A stretch of 64,000 nucleotides of DNA from Vezdaea acicularis (lineage: Eukaryota). The position numbers and the translations under genes are program-made. Shown piece by piece: positions 10,756 through 22,750 of the stretch (positions are counted from its first letter, which is position 1; the number at the start of each line of letters is the position of its first letter). The stretch lies in the NCBI GenBank assembly GCA_026025075.1, contig JAPEUI010000016.1, forward strand, positions 1 to 64,000, in the 5' to 3' direction. Under the pieces are notes generated by a model, which saw only the letters and a program-made list of their open reading frames with translations, was not told the origin of the DNA and searched no databases.

Positions 10756-13203
10756 ATGGCACCGACTCGCTCTTCTAAACCAAAAGCTTCTCCGGCTTGT
10801 CAAAGTCAAGAGGAGAGAAAAACCATTATTGATAAGTCATTTAGAACTGCTTTGTTACATAGCCTTGTACACATCATTCCAGTCTCAATCAGTGTGGCCT
10901 TAGTCGCCATGAGTGTGAAAAAGGTATATATCGGGCCCAGCTTAAGCTTCAGGCCATGGAGCACAGCGATTACCCTAGCTGTGTTTCAGATGTGTGCCAA
11001 ATTACAGGTTCGAAAATAATCAGTTCCGTTCGCAATTACTTCCTGATGAGACGATTCAGGAACTTTTGATGATCATAAGCATGACGCCAGTGATCATTCA
11101 AGTCATCAGACATCAGCTTTTGCACGGAGACGGCTTGCCTCTTGGCTTGGTGGCCTCAGGCTTCACCTTCACGAGACTGAGTTCTATGCGGTCCAGGGCA
11201 ATGTACACGTGGAAAGGGCTTCAAACCGGATCAGCCAAAGCCCAGAGAACGTTGGTGGTACTCTCCATCTTTGTTATTACGGCTCTCGCTACCGTGGCTG
11301 GTCCTGCGAGTGCCGTTCTCATGCTACCTAGGCAAACAGTAAATCATTGAAAATAGCTTTTAAAGTTATCAGCTAAAATATCATCCAGGATCGGATTGTT
11401 TACACGCGTCAATTTTGGCTTAATGGAAGCCTGGACGATTTATTTCCCACAACTTTAAACGCAACCCATATTGGCGACATTTCGCCTTCTGACAATGGCT
11501 GCACTCAGCCCAATAGCTTCATAGACACTGGGTGCATCTCTGTGGCCTATCAGAAGCTGCAAGCCCTATTTGATAGTGCACCGAGCATCTCTCATTGGGA
11601 CTGGACTTTCATTACGAGAGAGCCATCTTTTGCGAGGGTGGTAGCTGTCCAAGAAAAGGCCAACGGATCTAATCCCGAGACGTGGGCAAGAACTCCTCAT
11701 GCCGCTACTGCATACGTGCAAAATCTGCTTTGGTGGGATCCTAGTTGGTGGATTCGATTTAAGGAGAGTGAAAATGGTCGTCGATCCACTGTGAGGTCTC
11801 AATCGGCAAGTGTCAGGACTGCTTGCACGTGGCAAGCTATTGCAGTCAATACAACTGAGGTAAATTTCCCTACGCTAGAGGCACACAAAACTTATCTTTA
11901 CGACTTGTTCACCCCTATGGCTATTAAGCCAAGCACCTGGAGTTATGATAATAAGTCGTTCATCGGTCCAGATATAGTCAGAACGGTATGGATCGAGGAT
12001 GCACAAGCAATCGACTCTGTCACAGCGGGTTTAATGGTTCTTGCGCCATTAAAGGATCTAAAGGACTCTTCTCGGTCTGCGCTAGCATGTTTGATCGATG
12101 CGAGATGGACTGAGAGTGACCACATCCAAGCGGACGGTCTATTGGATATCGCTATCTCTTCGGAATTGGTGAAGAAACGTCATCAGAATCCTAGAAATAC
12201 GGATTTTGGCTTTTTAACGGACATTAATAGTGGCTGGCAGAGTATCAAGGCTACTCTGGACTGGCTTGAACCATTGACGCCTACTGTACCGTACCTCACG
12301 CCGTCACTTAACTTGTCCACGCCCGCATCAACGATCGGAAACCTATTGATGAAGACAAATAATACTTACATTACACCAATCACCTCTGTCACTACTGGTT
12401 ACCAGGACTCTCCATATGTCTTCTGGGAGAAATTAATTGCGGCCTACTTCGCAGACGGTGTCTCACGTGTAGGTTTTGCCCGGCAGCTAGAATCGAACAG
12501 CTTCGTCACCGACGGCTCAAAAGCAGCTACAGCTCCCTGCCTTCCTCCGACTCCGGAACGCGTGGGGGCAATCTGTCCTAGGCCTCCGCCCCAGGATGGA
12601 CAGTTCACAGCTTTAAATATCCGGGGCGTACTCACAGACAGTAGGTTGCGAACCTCGCTCCCTGGCCCCTTTCGAACTCAGATTCCCAAGCTAACAAATT
12701 TCCTTTTTTTTTTTTGCACAGTATACGCCTACCACGCCTCCGCAACAACAGACTACCTCTCCATTGCCGCTCTTATCTTCTACGTCATTATAGCCACGGC
12801 CCATCTCTCCTACACTCTGATCCGGCGGCGCAGCTCCCGTGCGTGGGAACGTCTCGAAGACCTCCTCGCTCTCGTCCATAGTTCTCGTCCTGCGCCTGAC
12901 GTGCTATCTAATACCTGCGCTGGTATGAAGGCATTGGACTGCAGAGCGAAGAACGTGAAGATTGTCATCGTTGGCGGGAAAAGTGGTGAGATAAGGCGGG
13001 ATGGCGGCGACGAAGAGGAAGGGGCGGTAGAACTTGGTGAGAAGAGAGAAGGTACCGAAAGCGGAGAAGAGGATGCGGATGCGGATGCGGGAGAAGGAGG
13101 AGGAGGAGAGGCTGTGCAGATGGTGTTCGTGGAGAGTATGCACAGACGAGACGCTGTGTATGGCATTGTGGAAGCTGGTGTGAAGTATGGAAAGATGGAG
13201 TGA
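10756..13203 (+). CDS. Hypothetical multi-pass membrane protein (about 4 exons)
   Basis: ORFs 10669-11019, 10994-11350 and 11542-13203 can be joined through short introns. N-terminal hydrophobic helices, AKLQELL and AGPASAVLMLPR motifs, and a C-terminal TM helix followed by an acidic tail, as seen in many uncharacterised fungal membrane proteins. Confidence 0.65.
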
Positions 13204-13554
13204 AAAAAATTAAAAGTTTCGTTGGGATTGATTTTGCTTTTGGGTTAGGGGTGACATAGTTGGGCTCTATACAACATAGAGTACTATAAATAACTAATTA
13301 AATTGAAATCTTCTTTGACGTAGAGATTGTAGCCTTGTTCCTTCGTGGCGTGCTAGATCCCGATACCTAACGCACTAGAGTAATAACAAGCGAGCCGAAC
13401 TCTCCACAGCGTCACTTATAAGTCAGGTTTTCCAGATGATGATCTGGCGCCTATGACCTCCTCCCGGATATCTTTCTCTCCATCCCAGCACGACGCGTTA
13501 AAGTCACTCGTGATCAAACTATAATACGCGGCATCAGCTTGGAATCGGTTCACA

Positions 13555-15158
13555 ATGACCTCAAACTACAACTCTAGCACTCGCGCTTACTCGGCTCGCG
13601 GTACAGTTCAGCCTGAGCGAGAACCAGAATTGCGAAAGCCGTTGTTCAAGATACCAGTGTTTCCACTTAGACTTTTAAAATGTCCACAGAAGTACTTGGA
13701 CCTTTCAACGTACTTGGTCGATACGGTTCCTACGTCTTTCCCCAAGTTATGCGCCAACGGCCAGATTATTGTTGGCCTCCAGAAAGAAATCGCCGCAGAT
13801 GGAAAATGGGTAGAAGCGTTTTCCTCTGAGAAACTGGATACAATCAGTGAGGAAGAGTGAATGAAGGCGCTCAAAGTCCTCCAAAACTATCAAAAACAAT
13901 GGAAGAGTGCAGAAAAAATCGTCCATTTCATAAATCTTTTACATGGTGGAGGCCCCTACGTAATACCTAGCAGCCTCAATTTGGCCGATACACCCATTTA
14001 CCACCATGACATATTTATGGCCCAGTGCTTCATTGCTCTCCTGGGTACCACTATCTTCAACAAGTGTCTTCACGTCAAACGCGATCTTGAAGACGATTTC
14101 GTCCTGGCGCTGAACCAGGGTTGCAAGCTACTAGATACGACAACTTTCAATAACAGGAAAGGCCATGATCAGAACAAGTGGAGGAAAATCATCGAAGAGA
14201 ATTACAAAATCTACGAAATGGGATCAGAAATTGAAAGTGCTCCTCTTCAAGGCCGCTTTTCAACTGAGGAATCTTCCCCACAACTCTTTACTTCCAAAGA
14301 AATTCCCAAGCAAGCCAAGCAAGCCAAGAAAGTGGAGACAGCCTGGTGCCCGGTTCTCAAAGACTTTATTCCCAAAGACAAAGGCATTGCGGCTCATATT
14401 GTTCCACATGCAATAGGCTACCGCTTGGCAAAAAAATATTCGAAGACCATGAACAGGGAAAGAGTATTGTCTTCAGTCCCCGCAACGGGTTGTGGATGGC
14501 CAAAAATGTGGAACGAGCCATGGATAATGCCCAACTCAATCTTGTTCCAAACGACACCGAGAACCTGGACTTTGAAACGCAGACGTACGACCTCAAGCTG
14601 ATGGTTCTCGACAAAACATTGCTGGACCCAAAACACAACATGATCCTGAGCGTGATGCAACCTGATAATACACAAAAAAAATACTACTGGGGAGACGTTG
14701 ACGGGACAACTCTGAACTTCCGAGAAGCGAAGGCCAGACTGGCAAAGCGATTCCTGTTCTTCAACTATCTTTTCACAACATGCCGCATCGTCGAACAGAA
14801 GCCCCCTTGCTTTGACGACCGCTTGGAGACGTTGGGAAATATGGGTCGGAGCTGGGCAACTCCGGGCAGTTATCTCGCCCGCGGTTTGCTTGACACAATG
14901 AAGGCAAGGGTGGAGCGGCAGCTGCTCCCGGCTCGTCTACACTCCAACATTGGGCACAATGAACATGACGGGCAAGACACAATTCGCCGCGCCGATCCCG
15001 CGCCCTTTGACGCGTCTTCAACACCAGATCTTAAGATTATAGCGGCAAATGAGGGGATGCAAATTGCAAGTAGCATGCTCGAGCACCAGCACGAGTTGTT
15101 CATCCCTGAGGAATCTGTTCCTGGTTATGGAAGCGAGCTGAGCGACGTAAAGTTGTAG
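13555..15158 (+). pseudogene. HNH-endonuclease-like (HNH_2 type) gene with nonsense codon and frameshift
   Basis: Motifs WCPV...AAHIVPH...FSPRNGLWM...ERAMD. In-frame TGA at 13858-13860 between abutting ORFs. Frame change in the A-run near 14430 joins AHIVPHAIGYRLA to KKIFEDHEQG. Confidence 0.7.
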
Positions 15159-16332
15159 TAAGAGTTTAGCAAAAACGAGAATTGAAGAGCAAAATGTTTT
15201 GACACAATATGGATTCTAGGGTGGGGAATGTCGGATCAATTGGTGGGTCACGGAACAGAACTCAGCCCGTTTACATACAATATTTGAAGGCTTTGTTTGC
15301 TGATTAATACTTGAGAGCAAAAGTCTTGGGCGTTTTGAGTATTATCTCAGATGGGCCAATTGTATGATGATGTTATGATCAACTACTATATTCGTACAAA
15401 ATCAAAAATCAAAATCAAAATCACTTAAACATCGACCTGCCGTTCAGGGGCCAACTCGAGCTACTCTAGAGTAGGCTACAGGATCGGATCGCTCGGCGCT
15501 GTTGTAAGTCAAAAATTGGTCTTTCTTGCCCCATCCCTTTAGGCCTGAGTCGAAAGCCCATCCATCCATCCATCTTCTGCTGACTCGATACTCTAGATTC
15601 ACGTACAGATCCACAGATCCATCCTCGGTGTCTCCAAAACCTCCTCCCGACGATCAGGTGCGCTGTTGAGCGGAGATCCCTCAAGCCGCGTGCGTCGTCG
15701 TCATCGTCGTCGAACGAACAGCTGAGTGCGCCTGCCGGTCAAAGAACTTTCGCCGCTTTGGACGGTATATATGTTTGATGCTGGCTGGTTTGGCGAGACT
15801 TGGGATTCTGACAGTGTGGGGGGGGGGCCAAACCGTTCCTTTGTAGGTAGGTAATCTATCACATTCGAGAGCGTGCTTGCTTGCTGAACAAATCAGATCA
15901 GATCCTCTCGCACATCCCATCCAATACACAACATTCATTCTTTATTGAAGCAACTTCTCGCTTTCGAAAAATGGCCGTATGTTATGTATGTATGTATGTA
16001 TCCCTTGGGTCTTGGGTCTTTCTATTGCCCGCCCAAACAAACACCTGACTGAGAACCTTGGAATAGTATATATATAAGTATGAAACGTTCACGATTTATT
16101 TATCCATCCTTGGAAACCCAATTAGTAGTGTTGGGCCGCAGAAGCTGAGGGCTCAACGACAAGTTGCAGAGCCTTGCAACGCGCCCATCCGGGAAGGCTT
16201 ACTGTACAATCTTCTCCTACTAAGCTAGCCTGGTGATGTCACCAGAGGGGCACCTGGATCTCTTTGCTGGGCTTGTTCAATTCAAGATCTGAAGAATCGT
16301 ATGCTGGTTTCATACTTGCCTCTACAGTTCGT

Positions 16333-17295
16333 TCACACTAGAGCCATTCCAAACGCATACCCCAGGCTAGCTGCGTAAGCTCTTACTTCATGCTCACTCC
16401 TTTGGACTTCGTTTTGAAGAGCATGGAGCGAAACAGATCGGATTTCGAGCTCGACAACTGCATGCCATCCTATCCTACCTTGCCGAAATTTGCCAATGCT
16501 CATGACGCTCTGCACGTTGGTCACTAAAGGACCGCTTCCCTTCCAGCAACCTTCGCGACTCTCACCTTCCAAATCCAGTGCAATGAAATTTTGAGCCTTG
16601 GACCTAGTAAGCATTGATTCTAGCTTGATGCATTGATTCAAGATCATGGTGCAGCTTCCTTGCACAGCCACATCGACATGCTGATCATACACAGCGTTGT
16701 CGCCATCCCGTACTCGGAGTCTCCACCGATCAGGTATCGAATGCCGTCCTGTACAAAGCTCACCATCCAGTAATCGAAGATCGTGGATTAGCAACACATT
16801 CGTGGAAGTGCGACCAATGGGTTCTCGCTTCAGCCAGCCGAATGCAATTTCCTTGCCAATGGTACGGCCAAGTCTCATGACAAGCCTTTCGATCAGGTCG
16901 GAGATCGCTTGAGCATCATCTCCGTTTAGCAAAGACTGGAGACTGATATCATAAAGTGCTTCCTCTGCAGAATTTGATATGTCTTCATCTTCGAGACCTC
17001 GTAAAAGTACGCTCGTGAATATTGTCTCTGACTCAATTACTTTCTTGGCGCCTTGGAAGCCAGCCGGATCCAAGGCACAGGCTGTGATCACGTTGCCGAT
17101 GAAGAGTAACTCCAGCGAGAACCAGTCTACAATGGGTGCTTCTGAGAGTGCTAGGAGACGATCGCCGCTGAGCTCTGACAAAACATAAGAAGGAAGTATC
17201 TCGGCTTTTCTTGAGTCAAGCTTGAACGGCAGCGGCTCTAGGATCAAATCACAAAACGTCTCGTCCCCATTCTGCGCTGCTGGCTCGTGAACCAC
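16333..17295 (-). CDS. Hypothetical 320-codon ORF, possibly a gene fragment
   Basis: Long stop-free frame with protein-like composition but no ATG start and no motif I recognise; abuts a transposon remnant. Confidence 0.3.
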   Translation of the reverse strand: MVHEPAAQNGDETFCDLILEPLPFKLDSRKAEILPSYVLSELSGDRLLALSEAPIVDWFSLELLFIGNVITACALDPAGFQGAKKVIESETIFTSVLLRGLEDEDISNSAEEALYDISLQSLLNGDDAQAISDLIERLVMRLGRTIGKEIAFGWLKREPIGRTSTNVLLIHDLRLLDGELCTGRHSIPDRWRLRVRDGDNAVYDQHVDVAVQGSCTMILNQCIKLESMLTRSKAQNFIALDLEGESREGCWKGSGPLVTNVQSVMSIGKFRQGRIGWHAVVELEIRSVSLHALQNEVQRSEHEVRAYAASLGYAFGMALV

Positions 17296-17459
17296 TAAAG
17301 CGTCCTAGGCTATGTCTGCCGATCGAAAAGATTGCCACGTGGGATTGATTGACATAGCAAGTCTCCTGTCTACAAAGCGCAACGCCGGAATTCTTGCGTC
17401 CACGGCGGGAGAGTCACGTGCTTGGTATTCAAGCAGAGGATGCGTGCTGGTGAACTGAA

Positions 17460-17793
17460 CACGACAGGATAGATGCTGTGGGCGACCTCTTTGCTCTTTA
17501 GAGACCTTAGTGTAGCCGAAATGATCGTTGAAAATGGCCATTCGAATGGTGGATTTTTGTCTTCCTACCGCGCCTTTGATTTCCTGATGTTTTGCTCCAG
17601 TTTTAGACATCCCTAGGATAAATTCTTTTGTGACATTATTCAATTGGGTCTCACGGCCCTGATAACTAAAGATTGAAGCCAACGGTCGTCGTGGCATGGC
17701 GCAATAGGTGGTAGAAGTAAGGTGCTTGAGAGAGAAAGACGCGTAAAAACGCAGATTTTTTTAGCGTGATACTTTTTTTGATACGTGACTGTA
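17460..17793 (-). mobile_element. Truncated Tc1/mariner-type transposon (left end and N-terminal transposase HTH region)
   Basis: Minus strand reads TA|CAGTCACGTATC (TA target plus CAGT end). ORF MPRRPLASI...KSTI...RGRPQHLS resembles the fungal Tc1-like transposase N-terminus including a GRP motif. No DDE domain seen. Confidence 0.6.
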
Positions 17794-18536
17794 CGACGAG
17801 TGGGCTCATTCTAGGTATAGCAGATAGCTCACCCGGGTGTCCAAGTCTCCAATGATTAATACAGCTTCATTCGTTGACCTTGAAGACTCCGTAATGACGA
17901 GCTTATGAAGTTTCGATACTCCAATCTTAAGGCACCGCACCGTCCAGTACCAGGAGGTTACAAGGTCAATGAAAAAGAAAAAAAATACATAAACCACCGA
18001 GGAGTTAGACCTCACGGGCGAACTAATTCAAGTAGTAGAGAGCAACATGCATGTGACTCAACCGCCAATCAACCTTTATTTACATTGTTGCGCCGTTCCA
18101 GCATCCAATAATATAGCTAGAAATGTCTACGCGGAACATTGCTATGCATCGCTCTGCTATGGCCAATACTGCTTCATCCCACGAGTAGCTGTGTATGAGC
18201 TGGCACGTGATCAGGTTTTGGACAGCAGGCATTGAATACTCGTACAGAAGAAATGAAGGGCAACTGAAGCCGGTTCAACGCAGGCAATTCAGGCTCCCAC
18301 CTGCTGCGCGCCCTGCACCGCCCCATAGATCCCTTGGTGCTCCCTTGGTGCTCTCTCGGTGCTCCCCCCTGCTCCCTCAGTGCTCCCTTTTGCTTCCTTG
18401 CTGCTCCCTCTAAAGCTGCCCTGCTCCCTTTCCCGAATCAAAACGGCAATCGCTAATTCTAAGTTCGGGGTGTATATAATATATATATATATGCTAGAAT
18501 ATAATATGAGATATAATCTATTAAAATATATTATTC

Positions 18537-18853
18537 TGTCAGGACACGGCATGGGGCGTCCTGTCAGTAAACGTTGTTTATGAAAAAGTTGTCTCATTTA
18601 TCTAGCTAGGGGATTCGTCTCTATATAAAGGGCAAAGGATATCCGGTCATAACTGCCTGGACAAGACAGCGCTGCTAGTCGCGGCAAACGCTGTCCGTCC
18701 TAGGACAGTCGCATGACGTACAAGCGCTGCCCCTATTAGTAGGCGCCATATGATTGCTCCCTATCCTTGCATCCGGGTGTCGCTGCCCTCTAGCCCCTAT
18801 GTCCAGGCAATGCTTCCTCCTGCCCAGACGCCCCTACCTCGTGTCCCATAACA
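18537..18853 (+). mobile_element. Solo LTR, diverged third copy of the same family
   Basis: TGTCAGGACACGG...GTCCCATAACA. Shares CCGGTCA-ACTGCCTGG-CA-GACAGCGC, CAGTCGCATG and AGCGCTGCCCCT blocks with 8634-8918. No TSD. Confidence 0.75.
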
Positions 18854-18894
18854 TGCCCGTCATCAGAGAACTTGATTTGTCAAATGTCTTATTC

Positions 18895-19045
18895 TCAGGA
18901 ATCCTACCGTTCCTGGAAGTTGCACAACACGTTCCTAGGAACAATGTAGTGTATTTTTGGGAATGATATGGTTCCTAAGAATTTGTATGAAGGTTCCTGG
19001 GAATGATAGAGCACATTCCTGGGATCTATACCGTTCCCAAGAATG
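18895..19045. repeat. Cluster of ~7 imperfect palindromic TTCCYRGGAA-like motifs spaced ~20-25 bp
   Basis: TTCCTGGAA, TTCCTAGGAA, TTTTTGGGAA, TTCCTAAGAA, TTCCTGGGAA, TTCCTGGGAT, TTCCCAAGAA in succession. Confidence 0.6.
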
Positions 19046-22000
19046 GCTCAATCCTACCTTTGTTTCTTGAGGGGGGCTGTATTGTAGAGACCATCAACTA
19101 TTTGACGGCCCCTCACTTCTGACTCCCCTTCCCCCAGAATCCAAGAGGCAAGATAGTGATCCCTTTTAAGACTAGATACAGGTATCCCCAGGTCTATTGT
19201 CCTTATCAGATGTTTTAAAATATCAAGACCCTATATGCACGGCCAGCAGCACGCATTCAATAAGCTGGAGATCACCAGCGTTGTTCAAAGATAAAAAGGA
19301 TCTCAAGAGACCACTGGAGATCTTGAATTTGTAATCAACGCAAGTAAGAAGAATTTCGGAGCGATTTCAAGAGGGTAGGTAAAATTGATAGTACTGGAAG
19401 TTCTCCCGCTCCAACGCATGCATAGCACCCGCACTGGCCAGAATACCCTATAATCGTGAAATACTCCTCCATATTTTTCATATACCGCTGCATAATGCTT
19501 AAATCCTTCGTAGCTCTCAAACGGTGATGCTGTATCTTAACAACGCAATTCAAAAGATCTCCCTTAATCTTCTGTTCATCCTTAGCGTCAGTGTAAGAGA
19601 TTTGGCCAAGCCGACGTCTAGTCCTTCGAGTTCTACTTTTGGGGCTTCGGCGCGAGATTTGAGCATCTTGTGGGCCGGATTCAGGTCTAGTATTGCGGCG
19701 ATTGGTGGTTACTCCTTGAACGTTGCTGTGCTTTGACCTTGGAATTTGTGCGGTGTCCTTATGCTCGTCCCAGGTCTGATCTTCCACAACGATGATGGGG
19801 CATTCTATCCATACTTAGACGCAGTATCTTATTAGGAAAGTCCAATTTCCTCACTTTTGCTATTGTCCGTCTCTGTATCTTGAGTAGAACCGAAGTCAAC
19901 AGCAGGAGGGGGAGTTGGACTTGAGATGTAATTTTCGAACATGGTTTCCACATCCTCCACTGTCAGAATAGCCGACTCGTCATTGGTCTCTGGGTCAAGG
20001 TCTTCGACTGAGAGTGCGATTGCTGACGTGGCTGACGTGGAAGGCTCATCGATCGTTCGTGGCCTCTGAAGTAAGATAGGACACTCCTCAATGGATTCTA
20101 CCGTCAGAGAGTCTGGACACGGAACGAAAGGTGTGGAAAAGCAAAATCACAGAAGGTGAGACAAGAAGCGTACTGGGACGATGGATGTTGCGTCTTAGTC
20201 AATGGCTGTTTTGAGAGATGGTTTGCTGGATACTCGACGGACATGGCCCCAAAAAGATGCCATTTGATCAACTAAGAGGATGATTGTTTGCCGTAGATAA
20301 AGTTGGTCATACAAATTGACTGTCGCTTGAATGCGACCAGAACGGATTGAGGATGGCCGGTTCTCATCAAGGGAGGAGTCCCTTCTTTTAGACGGTTTGT
20401 GGCCTACTCGATGGCCTACTCCGTAGCCTACATAGGAGGAAGTGATATCGCTCATTGGATTCCCAACGGTCGGCTGCGTTCAGCACAGGGGAAGAGTCGT
20501 GCCATCAAGATCTTTTGCCCGTCCATCCCGAGGAACTCAACACCGTCAAGTCTGTTCCGAGACTCCCATTTAGTCCTTCATCTCTGCTCGTTTTCTTGCT
20601 ATACTCTCAATGAGCCCATCACGAGAGTCGTCGAGCCTCGGTTCGCTAAGGAAAGGACATAGATACGTGAGCACCCACGTTTGAATTATCGTTGGTTATT
20701 TGCATGATGACGCTGGAGATCGAACGCTGCCTTGGACAAGGCAGAAACTACTATGCTTTGGCTGGAACAGCATAGTCAGTTCGAATCTTCACGACATGTA
20801 TACTCAAACTGAAAGTCTACTTTCTAGCTCGTTCGTGCACATGCGCTCCGAGCTGCCGAGAATGTCTTCCAATCCCATAGGGACAGGCAGACAATTATGT
20901 ATACTCTCTCGTGAATGTGGGCGTCACGCTGTCTCAATGGTATGCGCGTGTCAGAAGCAAAATATTGGATGTTCAGAAAGGGAGGATGAACCTTTAAGGT
21001 CGAGATCGATAGTTGAAGCGGCTGGCACGTCTTGACCGGACGTCCCGGTGAGCGGTCATGATGAAGTCTTATAGTCCTGGTAGGTGATATGCGATCCGTG
21101 ATCTTTTTTAGCCCTCGTGCATCTCGACCGACAATTGGTCCAATCACTACGTCGATTCCAAATTAACCCGTCTCGGTCGTGTCTCGGCGAGGCTTCTAAC
21201 AGGGCTGATCGAGGAATCCATCTTGGGCAGTGTGCCGTAACCAATCAAAGGATGTAGACTGGAAACAGGCTGCCACTCTTCAGAACATCGTACCTTTACC
21301 GCGCCAGCCGTAGCCATCACTGGTTGTTTTGAAAGTACAGCAAGAGCGCTTGTGTGTACCCGAGACTAGAGGCATTAAGCAACGATGGGTTGATCCCGTC
21401 AGTTCGATTAGAGTCTTTCGACGCTCCATGATTCGAAAAGGCGAAAGAGAACGAAATGAATGGCATGCTGTTTACGAGTCAGTCCTCTATCTTTCAACCG
21501 TCTCAGGCGCAAGAGAGAAAGGCGGACTCACGTACGTAAGGAGGATAATCATCAAAGTGCGAGCGACGTGTTCTTATCTCCCTCACAGCAACACGACCGT
21601 CCAAGCGTAGTCCGATGTTGGTACCGCGCAGGATGAGCCAACCGATCAACAAGGCATCACAGGCTTCTGACGGTCAAGCGGCTGACCGTCGAAGGTCAGG
21701 CTCTTTCATCGGCTGATCGTCGTACGATTGTTTGATCGCGGACGTCATTGAGCTGACGTAAAAAGTGAGCGGAGCGTGAGATATGTAAAAGCACAGTGCA
21801 TGCGTCAATGCGCTCGAGGGAGCGCGGCTGGAGTGGGAAATTGGACCGAAAGAATGAGATAGGTGAAATAGCGATGGATTGCAGCATGTCGTGAAGCATC
21901 GTCACCGTGGAGGTTGAGAAAGCAGCACGGTGTCATGTGTAGCGCCTTCCCCGATGGAGCGATCGCTAAACCAGGTTAGGCAATTCGCCAACAAGATTAT

Positions 22001-22489
22001 CACACTCTGAGAAGTTTGGGAGAAAAGCTGCTCAAATAGGGCCATTCCTTCCATCTTGAGAGCCCTAAAAGACGTGGCTAAGTCTGAGGGCCAGGCTACA
22101 GTATTAGTCTACTAATAGACTAGCTTAATTTGTTTTTCTTCGTCTACATTGGCCGAATGTAATATTACTTTATGAGGGCGAATATCAGCCTTATTTTGAT
22201 AGTGGTGCTATACGTCTTGCTGTCAAAGCGCAATGCGCAATGTGATGTAGGCTGACAAGCACCAGCATTGAGATTAATGTGGGTTGTATTTAATGCAAAG
22301 AGTATTTGCTGCTTACTAGGCAGGTTGCTTGATCAACCAATCGTCAGTTTTGACTGAATAACAATTGTCTATGCACATGAGGATATGGATGCTACGATCT
22401 GAGGGGATAATGATAGGTTGGTATAGCCATACGTTATGTATGGACTATTAAATGTAACATATGCCTCACGATAACTTTTGAGCAAAATA

Positions 22490-22750
22490 ACAACTGTTTA
22501 AACGACGACTGTCATGATGACGACAACTGTAATAGTAACTGACAACTTTCTTCGACTAGAATTGTCTAGATGACAAGAACTGTCGAAATAGCGTTAACTG
22601 TCTGGACGAGAACTGTCGGGCGAGGAGAACTGTCGGGCGAGGAGAACTGTCGGGCAAAGAGATATGTCTGGGCAAGATGATCTGTCTGGGCGAGGGGATC
22701 TGTCGGGCAGAGGAGAAATTGTCTAGGTGAGGAGAACTGTCTGAACGAGA
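22490..22750 (+). repeat. Degenerate ~17-bp tandem repeats (GAGAACTGTCGGGCGAG-like), likely transposon subterminal repeats
   Basis: About a dozen copies with a (A/T)CTGTC core, e.g. GAGAACTGTCGGGCGAG in tandem at ~22608-22655. Confidence 0.65.

Noticed and set aside
15395..16005. Short microsatellites (AAAATC)n and (TATG)n
   Set aside because: Ordinary low-copy simple repeats.
19335..21950. Possible multi-exon minus-strand gene
   Set aside because: Only short ORFs with no recognisable motif; no consistent exon chain could be built.
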